Positions 34,970 to 48,007 of a DNA stretch of 64,000 nucleotides are shown piece after piece (positions within the stretch are counted from its first letter, which is position 1; the number at the start of each line of letters is the position of its first letter). The position numbers and the translations under genes were made by a program. The DNA is taken from NCBI GenBank assembly GCA_964188305.1, contig OZ076889.1, one strand, 5' to 3'. The notes beneath the pieces are model-generated. The model ran no database searches. It had not been told where the DNA came from and saw only the letters and a list, made by a program, of their open reading frames with translations. This DNA comes from Podarcis bocagei. Taxonomy: Eukaryota.

Positions 34970-37900
34970 GTCTATGAGAACATGGAGCTACCCTATGGAG
35001 CTGTCATCCATATACCCTATCCCACACATAGGAGAGTAGAGAGTGTTCTGATTACTTGAATATTTTTTGGGAGGAAGGCTCACTCTGCATGCTTAGATGC
35101 TTTTCAGTTCTTGCTAAATTTAATATTGAACATCCCCTAATAAGTGTGTTTAGAACTGGAGCCGTAATAGAGCAAGTAGTATTAAAAATGCTGGAAGCAA
35201 GCTTAAAAAGAGAAAGTGGAGTGGAGTCCCTAAGATGATTAGATGGTACCTAGTATACCTCCAACTCTGGCAACAAAGCTTGTTCCAAATGCATTGCTCT
35301 GCTTTCCTTTGGACCACATCAGTGAGGCTGAGAGGGGGGTCTTGTTGTCTGGGCAGCCCAGGACCTTCATGCACAATGCCCAGGCTTGTGACTTGGGGAG
35401 GTCACTTTGGTGCTGCTAACACAGTGGTTTGACTTCACTCTGTCCCCCAGAGGCACACTCCATTGTGTCTTGAGACACAGATGAATGCCAACATACAACA
35501 TACATCTTAACACAGTCCCTGATTAGGAAATCCTACTGAAGACAGCAAGGCTTGCTTCTGAGTAATTGTGCCCAGACTTGTGCTGTTAGTCTCTTCATCA
35601 GAATCTAGCATAACCAAGGCATGGAACCAATTTAGAAAGCTGTTAACTGTCCAGACTAATGTGAACTTGAGAAAGCGGTACTGACTGTTATTTCAAACAA
35701 ATGAGCAGGATGTTTTAAAGAGGAACTAACTAGCATTGTTGGAGATATCAGATCATGCAATTTGATGTGAGCTAATGAACATTTCAACAAGATGGTGGAA
35801 CAAAGTTTCAAAAGGAAGTAAACAAACAATATCAGTATTATCTAGGCCTGGGTAGGCAAGTTGCAAAATGAAAGAGCCCAAAATGCACACAGATGCACAA
35901 AATTTCCGAACCTTTGAAATTATTCAGCTTTCCATGTATGGTGAAGAGGGGTGGTGGAAGTAACCCTGCACAGCTTTGCAGTGTTGGGAGAATCCAGGCT
36001 CTCCATTATATTTCATACAGTAGAGTATACTTCCTCTGGGTAAGTCAATATGAATCCTTTCTGTATCAGGTAGCAGCCATTGTCTTCCTTTCAGGTGGGT
36101 GGCAAATCAGTGATGAAAGGGGAGGAATGAAATCTCCACTGGGAGATTCCGTTTTCCTTTTTTCTTCTTTGAGATGTGGCAGACACTAGAAAGTGCACAG
36201 AGGGACAACATACTGGCATCCCAACTTGATAAACTTTTCCTGTGCCTCAAATCCTCTTATTCACTTTACCTGATTGTGGCTCAGTTGCCAACACAGCCTG
36301 ATGTAGGCATGGATAGTGGCTCCCATCAATGAAGTTCAGCATGGATATTTGAAACCTGTCCTCTGAGAATAGTTCCTTCCCCCAGTGAGGACAGAACAAG
36401 AGCAACATTTTGCATGCTACATTTTGTATGCAACACTTTGTTGCATTTTTGTACTTTTTAGTAGTTAGTATTGATGAATTTATTGTGCATTTTGTCATAT
36501 TAGTGCTATTTTAGTTTTGTTGTGTGCTGCTTAGCTATTGTCTTAACTAATTAAATAAATGATTTCGTGGAGGGGGAAATCATCACACAGGCCACATGGA
36601 ACTCTGTAGCCATACTAGTGATGCCACTGTTATTGGGTTAGGCAACAAATGCTGTTCAAATTTTAAGTACCATTAGTGGCATAACTCCAGTGGTCAAGAA
36701 ACTCCAAGCTACTCTCTTCCTTTGCTGCTGCTGGGGCTATTGAGTTACCCACTGTCAAGTGTGGCTGGATCTGTCAGCAGCTTCCCTGCATGGTGAATCA
36801 CTGAGCTGCAGGTGGCAGCATGTCAGTGACATACATATCACTGTCAAACAGTCTACCCTACACTCCATAAGCTTGCCTGCTGCCTCAAATGCATTGGAGG
36901 CATTAAGTGCTGAAGTAAGATTCAACTGCCAGTTGCCTCTATATGTGGAATTTTGGAAAGTGGTGCCACCTTGGTTTTAGGCACCAAAATATATTGGACT
37001 GGTCCTGAGTGTCAGGCATCTGTGGCTGAAGCAGCTTCAAGATTTGGTGTAGCTGTAATAGGCCTTGGCCAGTCTGGATTTTACTACATTTTACTACACT
37101 GGTTGCTGCAAGACAGAGTGTACATCCCAAATTCAGAGTGCATGACAATAGTTAGAATAGGAACACCACCTCTGTGGAGTGGAGTGTAGGGCAGTCCAAA
37201 GTTAACCAACACACTTCAGTTCCCCATACACATTAACTATATTGATATCAGCAGCAGCAGCAATATTCTCATCCTGCATTTCTTCCAAGGAGCTTAAGGT
37301 GCTGTACATTGTTCGTCTCTCCTGCATTTTACCCTCACAATAACCCTATGAGGTAAATTAGACTGAGAGACAGTGAGTGGCCCAAGATCACCCAGTCAAC
37401 TTTATGACTGAGTGGGAATTTCACCCCTAGTCTCCCAGGTCCCAGGCCAGCCCTCTAACCCTGGAATAGGCCCTCCAGATGTTTTGGACTACAACTCCCA
37501 TCAGCACCAGCAAGCACAACCAAACGGTTAGGGCCGATTTCAGTCACACCACATTTCTTACCTGAGCCAACCACTACATCACAGTGACTTTCTAACTACA
37601 CAGTGATTCAAGCCAATTTGTAATGAATCAAAACAGTCTGAGATTAAGGTTATTAGTGTGGTGGCAGGGAAATAAAACACACCTGGACTACTGCTAGTAG
37701 GACTCTGGTGGTGTACACAACATACATTTAAAGCACATTTAAGTTTATGGGAACTGTAGTTTACAGAGCAACAATTCCCAGCATCCTTAACAAATGACAT
37801 TTGCTCCCTCATAGGTGGCCTGTTTTTTTTTGTCCATTCTTAATGCCTGTCCATTATTACAACTCTTGCTTCCCAAAACTCATTTTATCCAACTCCAGTA

Positions 37901-39143
37901 GAGTGGCCACATTAAAAATAATTTAAATAAAGATGACAGGAATCTTCTGCTTGAATAGTTGTCCAGAAGAGGGAATTCGTACAAGAGACTCAACTCCCCA
38001 CTACCACTAAATATGCAGGAGACCTGCTTTCCTTTTCATCTATCATAAATTGCAGGTTCAGGGCTGTATCCATCCCTCAATTGGCTAAAGCCCCAGAGGT
38101 CTCTTCATTCTCTGGTGTGGTGTTTTTCCACTGCCTGCTTCATTGAATCATTGTAAGCTAATCCCCACCCCACACATAGACATATACCTTTGCCAGGAGA
38201 AGTATCATTTGGGCCCATCCATCAAATATGGTTTAGTTTAGACAATGGCTACATTCCTGTCTTTTCATATGTTAACTTATTACACAACTTGGTTGGCGGG
38301 AGAAATTTATCTGGCATAGGGATGACAAATTTAATCTGCCCTGAAGAACTGGGGGTGAGTTCCTGGCATATTTGGGTTGAAGGAAATGGGAAATCTAGAC
38401 ACCCCATAGCGTGCTCACAAAAGGGGACCAAACAAGTTGTCATTGCCAGTATGCATATGTATACATATACACACACAAACACAAACACACACAGCAAACA
38501 CATCTTCATCACTCACCACCCCCACCCCCCGTACCACTGATTAACAAATATTTTTATATAAGCAGTGTGCCTTTCATGTTGTTAACATTTTGCTTTTTAT
38601 ACAATTATTTTTGCTGGTGAAAAATAACTTTTAAAAGTCATGACATACTGTGAAAACTTTGAAAGTCACTCTGCAATTTGGGAAGAATAAATACGGTTGC
38701 CCCAGTAAACAATCTGGTGAAAGTTCATCAGCTGCAATTCTATTAACTCAATGGGATATATGATGGAGTCTTATGTACACGTACCTACCAGCTGAAATTA
38801 GTAGGACCAATTCTGAGTAAATACACATAAGGCTGTGATTTAAGCACACTAACTTAATCTGGATTGGGTGCTTTATGCAGATATACTTCTCTCCTTCACC
38901 TGTTTACTTTCCATCATTTTTCTTGAGCTTGCAATTACACAGATTAGTACCAATTAGAAGGGTGGCTTGACTCTGTAAGGCAGGGAGGCTGTGGTTGCTC
39001 AGTGGTAAGTGAAAAGTTGCCTGCATATCCTTAAAGAATCTATATTATTATTTTATCTATTATGGGATAGAACCTATGACACTACAGACTGGTTTCAAAT
39101 CTGAGCACCACCTGCTCCCTCCAGCAAATCTAGACACAGGGCA

Positions 39144-39473
39144 CTTCCACACAGCAGTTTATTGTGGATTCTGTAGTGCTCATGCATGCAAGCATTCCCC
39201 CCACCCCCAGCATCCACATGAAGTCATCCTCATCCAACTGCCACCCCATATTTTCTTCCCTGCTACACATTGCCACTACCCTTTAATCCAGAATTTCTCT
39301 TACGGGCGTGGGTAGTTAACCTTATCAGTCCCCACGCCCAGAAAAGGCAAATCTAGAATAAATAGGGAGGAATATATAAGGTGGTATTTTAATGAGGGCA
39401 ACATCATGTGGCTTCTGCACAAAACCTGCATGCATGATCAGCCCTGAGTCCGCAATAAACTGCCATGTGGAAG
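39144..39473. mobile_element. Fold-back (whole-length palindromic) MITE, possibly PIF/Harbinger-derived
   Basis: cttccacacagcagtttattgtgga vs tccgcaataaactgccatgtggaag (reverse complements, 3 mismatches in 25) plus nested inverted blocks toward the centre. Confidence 0.75.
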
Positions 39474-40767
39474 CATAATCCTGGTTTGCCACAAGTTCAG
39501 CTAAATGGCAATGCATGTTTATACCTTGCTCTAAATCTAGGCCCCAATCCTACCTGTCATTTGCTTTTACGTGACATTTATACGACATTACTTTTATAAG
39601 ACTCTTGTGCACATCTCAGCACCAACACAGCATCATTTGCACACAATTTCTTCTCCTAGCAGAGATTATTATGATGCTGCAGCAAAGAGAGAGTGGTACC
39701 AACAGCTAAGATGGGAGAATCCCACATCTTTTGCTTTCATCCTATGGTACAGATTTGAGGACATTCACAGTTGAAATCGTATGCATGTTTACTTAGTCCT
39801 AAGCTACAATCATAAACACATTTAATAGGGAGTAAATTCTACTTCAGAATAAATATGCATTGCTTTGCACTGTTACTACTTTTGCAGCAGAATTGTGGGT
39901 TTCATGTTGGACACAACAGGGAAATACTGCAGTCTAATTACACAGGCAATGGGGTTTAGGGAGTTTATTTCAGAAATCCCTAATTTGTTCAGTTAGACAT
40001 TTTGAAAGAGACCGTTTTATTTTGTCTTTGTTATCACTTATTTGCATCACAGGCAGCCCAATTGTCGGCACATAACAGCTAAGCTGCGACCTTATACACA
40101 ATTACCTGGGAGTAAGTTTCTTCACTGAATTGACTTTTGAGTTGATACATACAGGATTGTGCCATTAGTCTGTATAGATTGGAATTCAGTGGAAATCCCA
40201 GTGAATTCAGTGGAATTCCCTGCTGAATATAAACTTGCAAATGATGGGATTGTATATTTTACATTGGGCTATAAGACCGAAGTGAATTCCATTGCAATTA
40301 ACGGAGTGCCAAATAAAGCTTATATTTAGGAAAGGAGTGGTTTTTATTTATCAGTAAAGTGGTCATGCTGAGTTAAGCACTACTTTATTATAGTGCAAAT
40401 GTTGTGAACCAATCTTCCTAGAAACTAAACTGAATAAAGGTTAAACAAAAACCTATCCTTTGCTTCAGTCTCTGGAGACTTTCCTTCAGTCTCTAGAGAA
40501 GCACAAAGAGAGAATGTAAGCAAATATTTTAAAACCTCCAAACACTGGATATTGCACGAGGATCCGGTGGAAAGCGAAAGTACTGTTACTTTCTGCCTAT
40601 CAATATCCAATCCATCATTTGACTATTTAGAATAAAGTCCCCCAATTAAACGACTCCTGCACACGATTCGAAGGAATACCATTAGCTCCTGCTCATTTTA
40701 ATGCCATATTTTTTTCATTTGGGGGGGGGACCAATTCCATGGAATTTACTTCTGAAAAGACATGCAC

Positions 40768-40901
40768 TAGAATCATAGAATCATAGAGTTGGAAGAGACC
40801 ACAAGGGCCATCGAGTCCAACCCCCTGCCAAGCAGGAAACACCATCAGAGCACTCCTGACATATGGTTGTCAAGCCTCTGCTTAAAGACCTCCAAAGAAG
40901 G
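40768..40901 (-). mobile_element. Young CR1 3' end, heavily 5'-truncated
   Basis: Nearly identical to 17991-18120; more degraded relatives at ~44071-44124, ~49240-49360 and ~54190-54550 (+). Confidence 0.92.
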
Positions 40902-43900
40902 TCTACAGTCTTATGTAATCCGCCTCGAAAGCACGCCCTGCTGGACTCAGGAGGCCTTTCCTCCCAAAACAACAACAAATATCCAAGTGCAAGATTCACT
41001 GAGGCACGAAGTTTCACCGACAAAGAGAATTTACGCCTGTAGGTAACGGGGTGCAGAGAACCCAGCCTATGAGCTGGGCTAGGAAACGCACAACGAAAAA
41101 CCCAACCTGCGTTTACAAGAGCTTCAAAACACGAACATTAGTAGCAGTTGTTGCGCTGTGATTTCAGTGGCACCTATAACGCTGCTTAGGATCGGGCTGC
41201 GCAGGGCAGCTAAAGACTTGGTTCTTAGTCCTTAGTTAAACGATGTTAGGGAGTCGTATTGGTTGACAATTTCAGTGGTGTTTGCAACTGACTCGACCGA
41301 AGACGTTATACACAAAAAAGGTATACTTTTGGCCTTTATTGCAAAAGGGAGGAAAAAGCTGCAGTCAGACCAAAATATAATGGGGTGGAATATTACATCC
41401 CCGCCCCAACACCCGTTCCGAAAAGTATTGTCTGCTGCATTTTGGAAGCTTTGAACTAGCCACAAAAACAATATGCAAAAATATTCCACCCAAATTATTC
41501 AGTATTCTTTCCTCTTTCTTCAGCATTCAGAATTATTGCTGAAGGCTATTAGAAAGACCCACGTTATATGAAAATGCGCACACAACCCACGCACTTTCGC
41601 GCTTCCCAACAATAGGGAAATTCTCCTTTTCCCCCTTTATCTTCTTCCCTCGTCTTTTGTTGTTGTTATTGTTGTTTACACTTGATATAGAATTTCAAAA
41701 ATGGTGGAGGGAGGTATAAAAAGATGGCATCTTAAATTGTCCAATTCAGAATTAGGACAACGGAGATGTATTTCAGTCGACTTTCAAAATAAACTAACCC
41801 CAACTCAAAAGCACAAACCATAAGAGTCTGCAAGTTCCCTACATAATTTCTTAGGACTATCAACAATGTGTTCGCACGCGCGCACAGCAACAATGTGCAG
41901 TTAGCATTCCTCGAGTGAGCAGCGTTTTCCTTGTCAACCAACTGTAACTGATAAGCTTTCATCAGATTTCTCTCTTCCACTCCAGTTTTTACAGGGGACA
42001 GCGGCAAACGCCTGGAATTGAGCTACGGTTTGAAGCTCGCTCGCTCGGGCGTATAGTTGCTCTGAATTATTATTTTTTTCAAGTAAATGTTTACCAGTGG
42101 CCATCAGATTCATTATTAGCCACATGATTTCTAGATGCATTGGGTTCTGAATATCGCTTTGGGGAGAAAGCAGAAGATTTCGCTACATTTTGGCATTATT
42201 TTCCCTTCCTCGAAATGTATTTAACAAAAGTATGGAATAATTTTGGGCACTAGCCAGTTGTAAAGACCACGCTCCATCTCTCTCCTTTGGACCTGATATA
42301 CTTTGACCACTGTAATCGGAATCTATTTACGCAAGCTTATTTTTATTTATTTTTATTATTTATTATTAACGAATACGTTCAAGACTTTTTGTGTGTTTGT
42401 TTTAATGTTGGTTTTATTTCTGTAGGGAGGCGGGCCCTGGCACGCCATTGCTTTTCCAAATTCTCCCCACGTTGCCGAACGATTTTAGGAGGGCGTTGGG
42501 GAATAAGAAATACCCACAAGAATACATCTTGCGCCATGTGAAAAACGAAGCACAGTGAAAAGAAGAAGAAAACAAAACTTTTGTTTGGAAATCTCGGGGC
42601 AGGCTTTCCAACGCCGCTTTCCAGATCCCATCGGGTTTTCAACACGTTCGGCAATGTGGTTTTCGACCTTAGAAGGTCGTCCTGTCATCTTCCTGCAGGC
42701 TTTCTCTCCGCATTTAGGTACGAACCAGGATAGAAATGCACTTTAAACCCCTCCATCTTTTTTGCTTTCTTGCCTTGCCACTTCTTTGGGAACAAACTCC
42801 ACTGCACATAATGAGATCTACATCAGAGTAAACCGGTAAAGGGTGAGAAGGCAAAAGCACACAACAGCAATGCCATCCAGGCATGCTTTAAATGTTCTAG
42901 GTTGTTGCTTTGAACGCTGTTTTCCAAATTCTTGCACAAAATCCACAGCAGTCATCCTAATGAATGGGAAGAATTCAGGAAATGTTTGCCACAGTCAGAA
43001 ATGTCTTGCAGATTCCAATACTGTATCTTCTCATACTACTAGAATCTTGTCACTGATTTCCCTAGGATTTAAGGTTGCAACTTTTGGCTGAAAGATCTTC
43101 CGCTTACTTTAGATTTTGCAACTTGCCCCACAATCCTGCTGGGGACCCCCCCCCCTACTTGCAACCAGATTTTGTCGTCGTCGTTGTTGTTGTATAAATC
43201 GTGTGGACGGATTGGATGCTAAAAGCAGGCTTCGCAACCTATTGCAGACGTTCCTTATCATTTGCAGATAAGAAAGGGCAATCCGAGGACAGAGAGGAAG
43301 AGAAACCCCGAGGAAGAAATGAACCGAGTTGTTTTAACCTCTCTCGGCAGCACCCCTCAAATCTCCTTAAACCTTTACTGCTTGCTAATATGTCTTCAAC
43401 GACTCAAGAAAATTAAGGAGACCTTGTTGGGAATTGTTGGCCGTCTCTGAAATGATTGAAGCAAGTCTTGGGGAGAGTCAGATAAAGCAGAATTGTCTGC
43501 AGCAACGTTCCACGGACGGACCACGTAGGTGTTTTGGGGATCGATGCTTTGCATACATACTTACAAGCAATCACCACAGAATCGGAGTCAGTGGGCAGAG
43601 CGGACTGCAGGGTAATCATAGCAGGTGGCAAGCATAAGGATTGCTACAGATAAAAGACACACATTTCTGTATCTGGTGGCAGCACCAAAGCTTTTCCCAA
43701 CACAAGGAAACCAGACTACCACGCTAGGCACCTACAGGGTTAACGGTGCCCCCAGAAATGCCCGCGGTGGGTGGGAGGGGAGAGAAAGCAGCCCAAGGCG
43801 GAGTCCTAAAATTAAAGCACGATTCTTCTCTAAGCAGCTTAAATGCAGGCTTCCTGGTGTCCAAATTATTTTCCCTTGATTCTATCTCATTTCCGATCTC

Positions 43901-46796
43901 GCCGTCCCGCACCAGTCATTAGTCCTTTCTCGACAGATTAAAGAAGTCTGAGACCTCCCAGGGAAACGGGGAGGCTCCTGTCAGGGTTGTAATTGCTTGC
44001 ACCTTTCAGGTGAAGACCCCAAACACGTGTTTCTCCTCTGCTGGGCGATGGGCAAAAGAAGATCCAGGCGATAGAATCGTAGAGTTGGAAGGTAACCCGA
44101 GGATCATCTAATCCAACCCCCTGGATGAGTTAGTTAAAGGGCCTTAACAAACAAACAAACAAACAAACAAACAAACAAAATCAATCCCCATTCCTTTGCT
44201 GAGTTTCAAGGCCAATGTTTTGGCTATACACTACGAGTATGGTACACTATGATGCCAAAGTAACAGGAAGGCTATTGGGTTATTGCAAATCAGCCTCCAA
44301 ACCAAGTATGGAGTTATCTCAGTCCAATCCCAAGACACACTCAAAAAGTTTGTGGTTTACAGTGGAGGAGGGCAACGGCAACATCACCAACATTGCTCAG
44401 TTGTGTGTGAGAGGATTTTGCATCCCCTTGTTTAAGGGTAACCGTCTCATATAGACACATTTCTCATTCAGACACAAAGGATAAGACCTATTAGCCTGCT
44501 TTTCGTGGTGTTAAATGCCACCCCCCCTTGGCCCTCCTCCGGAAGTGCCGATACGACTTCCGCGATGGGTGGAGAGGGCTGCATGGCCAATACTGCTGGG
44601 AAGGAGCCATGGAGCGGGTGAATCAGAGCTTTGGCGGTCCTCCCATCCCTTCGCGTTCGAGCCGTGGCAGGAGGCTAATAATAGCCTCAAAAACAAGAGC
44701 AGACCCACAAAGAGGGCGATTTAATGGAAGAAATATGGAAACGATGGAAGATGATGAACCGGCAGCGAGTCTTGGGAGTGAAAAGAGATACAGCAGATAA
44801 ATAAAAGTCCGACTGAATGCAAACTGCGCATTTTGTAATAAAGGGCAAGCTATCTTCCAGCATATTTTCTTTCATTTTCCTAAATGGAAAGCAAGGACGT
44901 CGCATAAACGATGGTGATGATCCACTGAGACACTGAATCACCTGCAATAACCTCTTCCCTGTTCAGGTTACTGGGGCATTTTTAACTCCCCCACCCTCGT
45001 CCTGCAATATGTCGGGAAAGATCGTGGAATCTGGGTTTTTGGGGGCTTGACCAAGCGAGGCTGGCAAATGACAGCCCAAATTTGGGGCAGATGTTTTATA
45101 TGGGATGCCGAGCTAATTGCAACAGCAAGCTGAGCCATTTTAAAATTTTGGGTGAAGATTCTGTTTTTCAAACCTGACTGGAGGTGAACGTTGCCGCGTG
45201 GGGGCTATATATATATATGATGGAAAGAAACCCTGGGGAAAGGGAGGTGAGAAGAGGGGGTAGCCAGGTCTGGCCGGCGGCAGTCCTGGAAACTTAACTT
45301 CGATCCGGAGCCCACGTCTGCTTCTCTCTTCCCGCAGCAGGCTCAGTCAGTTGCGCCTAGGCCAGCGCGCCGGTTTGCCCCGTCCTGAGATCATCCCTCC
45401 AAACGCGTCTAGGCTACTGTCGCCTGGAATGTTGAGAGCCACGGTTCGCTGCGCTCCGCGGATTTTCCCGCCGGCGCGCGACTTGCTTGGATCAGCCGCT
45501 CTAGCTAGCGCCAGTGGCTGTAGCCTCGGGATTCCAGAAAAGCACACTCACCTTCCTAGGGAAGCTTGTCTCCAAATTTAACGTCTCATTAACTTCTGAG
45601 AGGCATCCAAGCCGGGGGGAGGGTTTCGCGGCTATGGGGTTGCGATCCTAGGCACGCTTGCTGGGGAATAAAAGCTCCAATGGACTCCGTGGCAGTTAAC
45701 TCGCGAGCAGCTCTGTCTGCACCTACGCGGCCTTCCCGGGTATCTATTTTATGAGCCCGGTTAAAAGAAAGACACGCGGCACGCCGCAAAAAGGGAGAGA
45801 AGAAAATAAAACTACAAACAACCAGCAGCTCCATCCATGAGGTCATAGCGAGGAGAGATTTTCAGATGGGGAAGAGGAGGAGAGAGGCGATTTAGGATTG
45901 CACAGAATCTGCGGCTGTTTGTGGTCTGGAAAGGAATGATGTTCTGGCTAAAGTTGCGGCCACGGGAGGGAGGGAGCCCTTCTAGACTTGCCTGGTGAAC
46001 AAACGTGCACAGGATCAAGGTGTAGCTCGCAGATCCTACAAAAGCATTTGCTTGGGACAAGCAGTTCGACCTGCTGTCAAGTAAGATGTTCAGGATCTAA
46101 ACCAGAGGCTGTAACTACAGAATCGGCCCCACTGTATCCACTGAGGCTTACTTCTGAAATAAGGATGAGATGTGATAGAATTCTCTGCACGCGTAACTAG
46201 AAGTAAATTTGACTAAAAGTTATAAGGACTTCTCCCTACTCAAGATGAAGCTCGTAAAGACCTGGCATATTTATTATGCTCTCCAAGGCTTTGTGGACTT
46301 AAATCCATCAGATCATGCATTCATTTCTCTCTGACCTCGCGAATAGGACTGGCAAATCTGAAGTAAAACCTGCTGAAAGAATACCCAGACGTTCAGACAC
46401 TACGTTGGAAAAATCTGAATCCCGGTCTCCGGAATATAAACGTGGTAACTCACCTCAGCGACGGAGAAATCTGGTTTTAGCTTTCGATCCCCGAATCGCT
46501 GGCCGTTCCCCTTGCGGCTAGGGAGAGAAGAGAAGAGAGGTGTTGTTGTGTTTAAAAAAGGTGAATGACACATGGGGGGGGGGAGGTTGCCTTCGACGCT
46601 TTCCGAGAAACAGTCAACGCGAAGCCACCAGATTGTCGCCCCCTGCTTTGACAGAAACGGGCTCGCTTGGCGTAAGGTGCAACGGTCCTTTGGGACGTCG
46701 CGGCCCTTGTCCCAATCTGCTCCGCCCTGTCAAGAAAACGTCGCGCCTCTAGCTAAGAGAGATAAACCGAATTTAGCAAGCAGGGGGTGTCCGGGG

Positions 46797-47050
46797 CAGT
46801 GTGGTGTAGTGGTTAAGAGCGGTAGTCACGTAATCTGGGAAACCGGGTTCGTGTCTCCGCTCCTCCACATGCAGCTGCTGGGTGACCTTGGGCCAGTCAC
46901 ACTTCTGTGAAGTCTCTCAGCCCCACTCACCTCACAGAGTGTTTGTTGTGGGGGAGGAAGGGAAAGGAGAATGTTAGCCGCTTTGAGACTCCTGAAGGGG
47001 AGTGAAAGGCGGGATATCAAATCCAAACTCTTCTTCTTCTTCTTCTTCTT
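46797..47050 (+). mobile_element. Squam3-like SINE, copy D, within the LHX8 promoter region
   Basis: 7 substitutions vs copy A over ~235 nt by my count; pure (CTT)n tail. Confidence 0.92.
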
Positions 47051-47926
47051 ATCCCACTCCACGACCGCCGGCCTCCCACCCCGCCAGCGCAAGACTTTAT
47101 AAGTTAGTTAGCTTTCCCCGCGATCTGATTCTTTTCTCCCTTCCCCAATCGGAGTTTGGGGTTCCTCAGATGTTCTACCGCTTTCCCTTAATGGCAGAGA
47201 CGGTACTAAAGAACCGTCTGAGGCCAACGCAGTTCCTCTCTCTCTACTCCAGGTTTATGCAATCTCTGCTGCTGCGATTAAGGATGGTGGAAGCCACGCG
47301 ATTGCCTGTTGCGCCCTCCACCTTGGCTTGGGTTCCCCGGACATAGGAAGCGCAAGGTTTGGCAAGAAGGAGGGGAGAAAGCAGGGTGGGTAGGTGGGAG
47401 AGAGAGAGAGAGAGAGAGAGAGAGGTGAAGTGACTAATCCAAAGTTAGCATACTCCTGTGCTTCTCCCCCCCCCCCCGACACACACACGCTTCTCCTTTT
47501 ATATATATATATTAAAAAACCCGCTCCCTGGAGCGCGCTTGCTTGTAGCGATAAAGATCTGAACATGTACAGAAGGCGGGTTTTACACGAGGAGGTGAGG
47601 CTCCAGCAGCCAGCCAAGAGGCTTTTGCGGGAAGAGGTTCCACCCACTTGAAAACAAAACTTTCCCCCCCTCCAGGGTCTGACATCAGTGGAGTCGGGTA
47701 GGGAGCTCGGGAAGAGGGAAGCGGAGAAGACGAGGGGGAGGCCATTCGGAGCCAGGACTGGAGGCCGACGAGGAGGGCCGGGCGTTGGCTATCATCTCCT
47801 TGACACTTTTCGAAACTCGCCCAAGTCGCTTTTTTTCTTTCCTTTTTCTCCTGCGCGGAAAGGGAGGGAGTGGGGGCTCCGTCCTTTCTGGAGTTGGTAT
47901 GTGAGGAGCGCTCCCAGCCCAGTGCC

Positions 47927-48007
47927 ATGTATTGGAAGAGCAACCAGATGTTTGTGTGTAAACTGGACGACAAAGACGTGCCTGCGCTTCGCCTCGCGAC
48001 GGAAAAG
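47927..48007 (+). CDS. LHX8: LHX8 coding exon 1 (MYWKSNQMFVCKLDDKDVPALRLATEK)
   Basis: ATG in gtgccATGt context; peptide resembles the MYWKSDQMFVCKL N-terminus I recall for mouse Lhx8; donor AAG|GTGAGC at 48008, phase 0. Confidence 0.88.

Noticed and set aside
43262-43450. ORF starting 'MQI...' as a homologue of the human LHX8 MQILSR N-terminus
   Set aside because: The start codon is TTG, similarity is limited to two residues, and no suitable donor follows.
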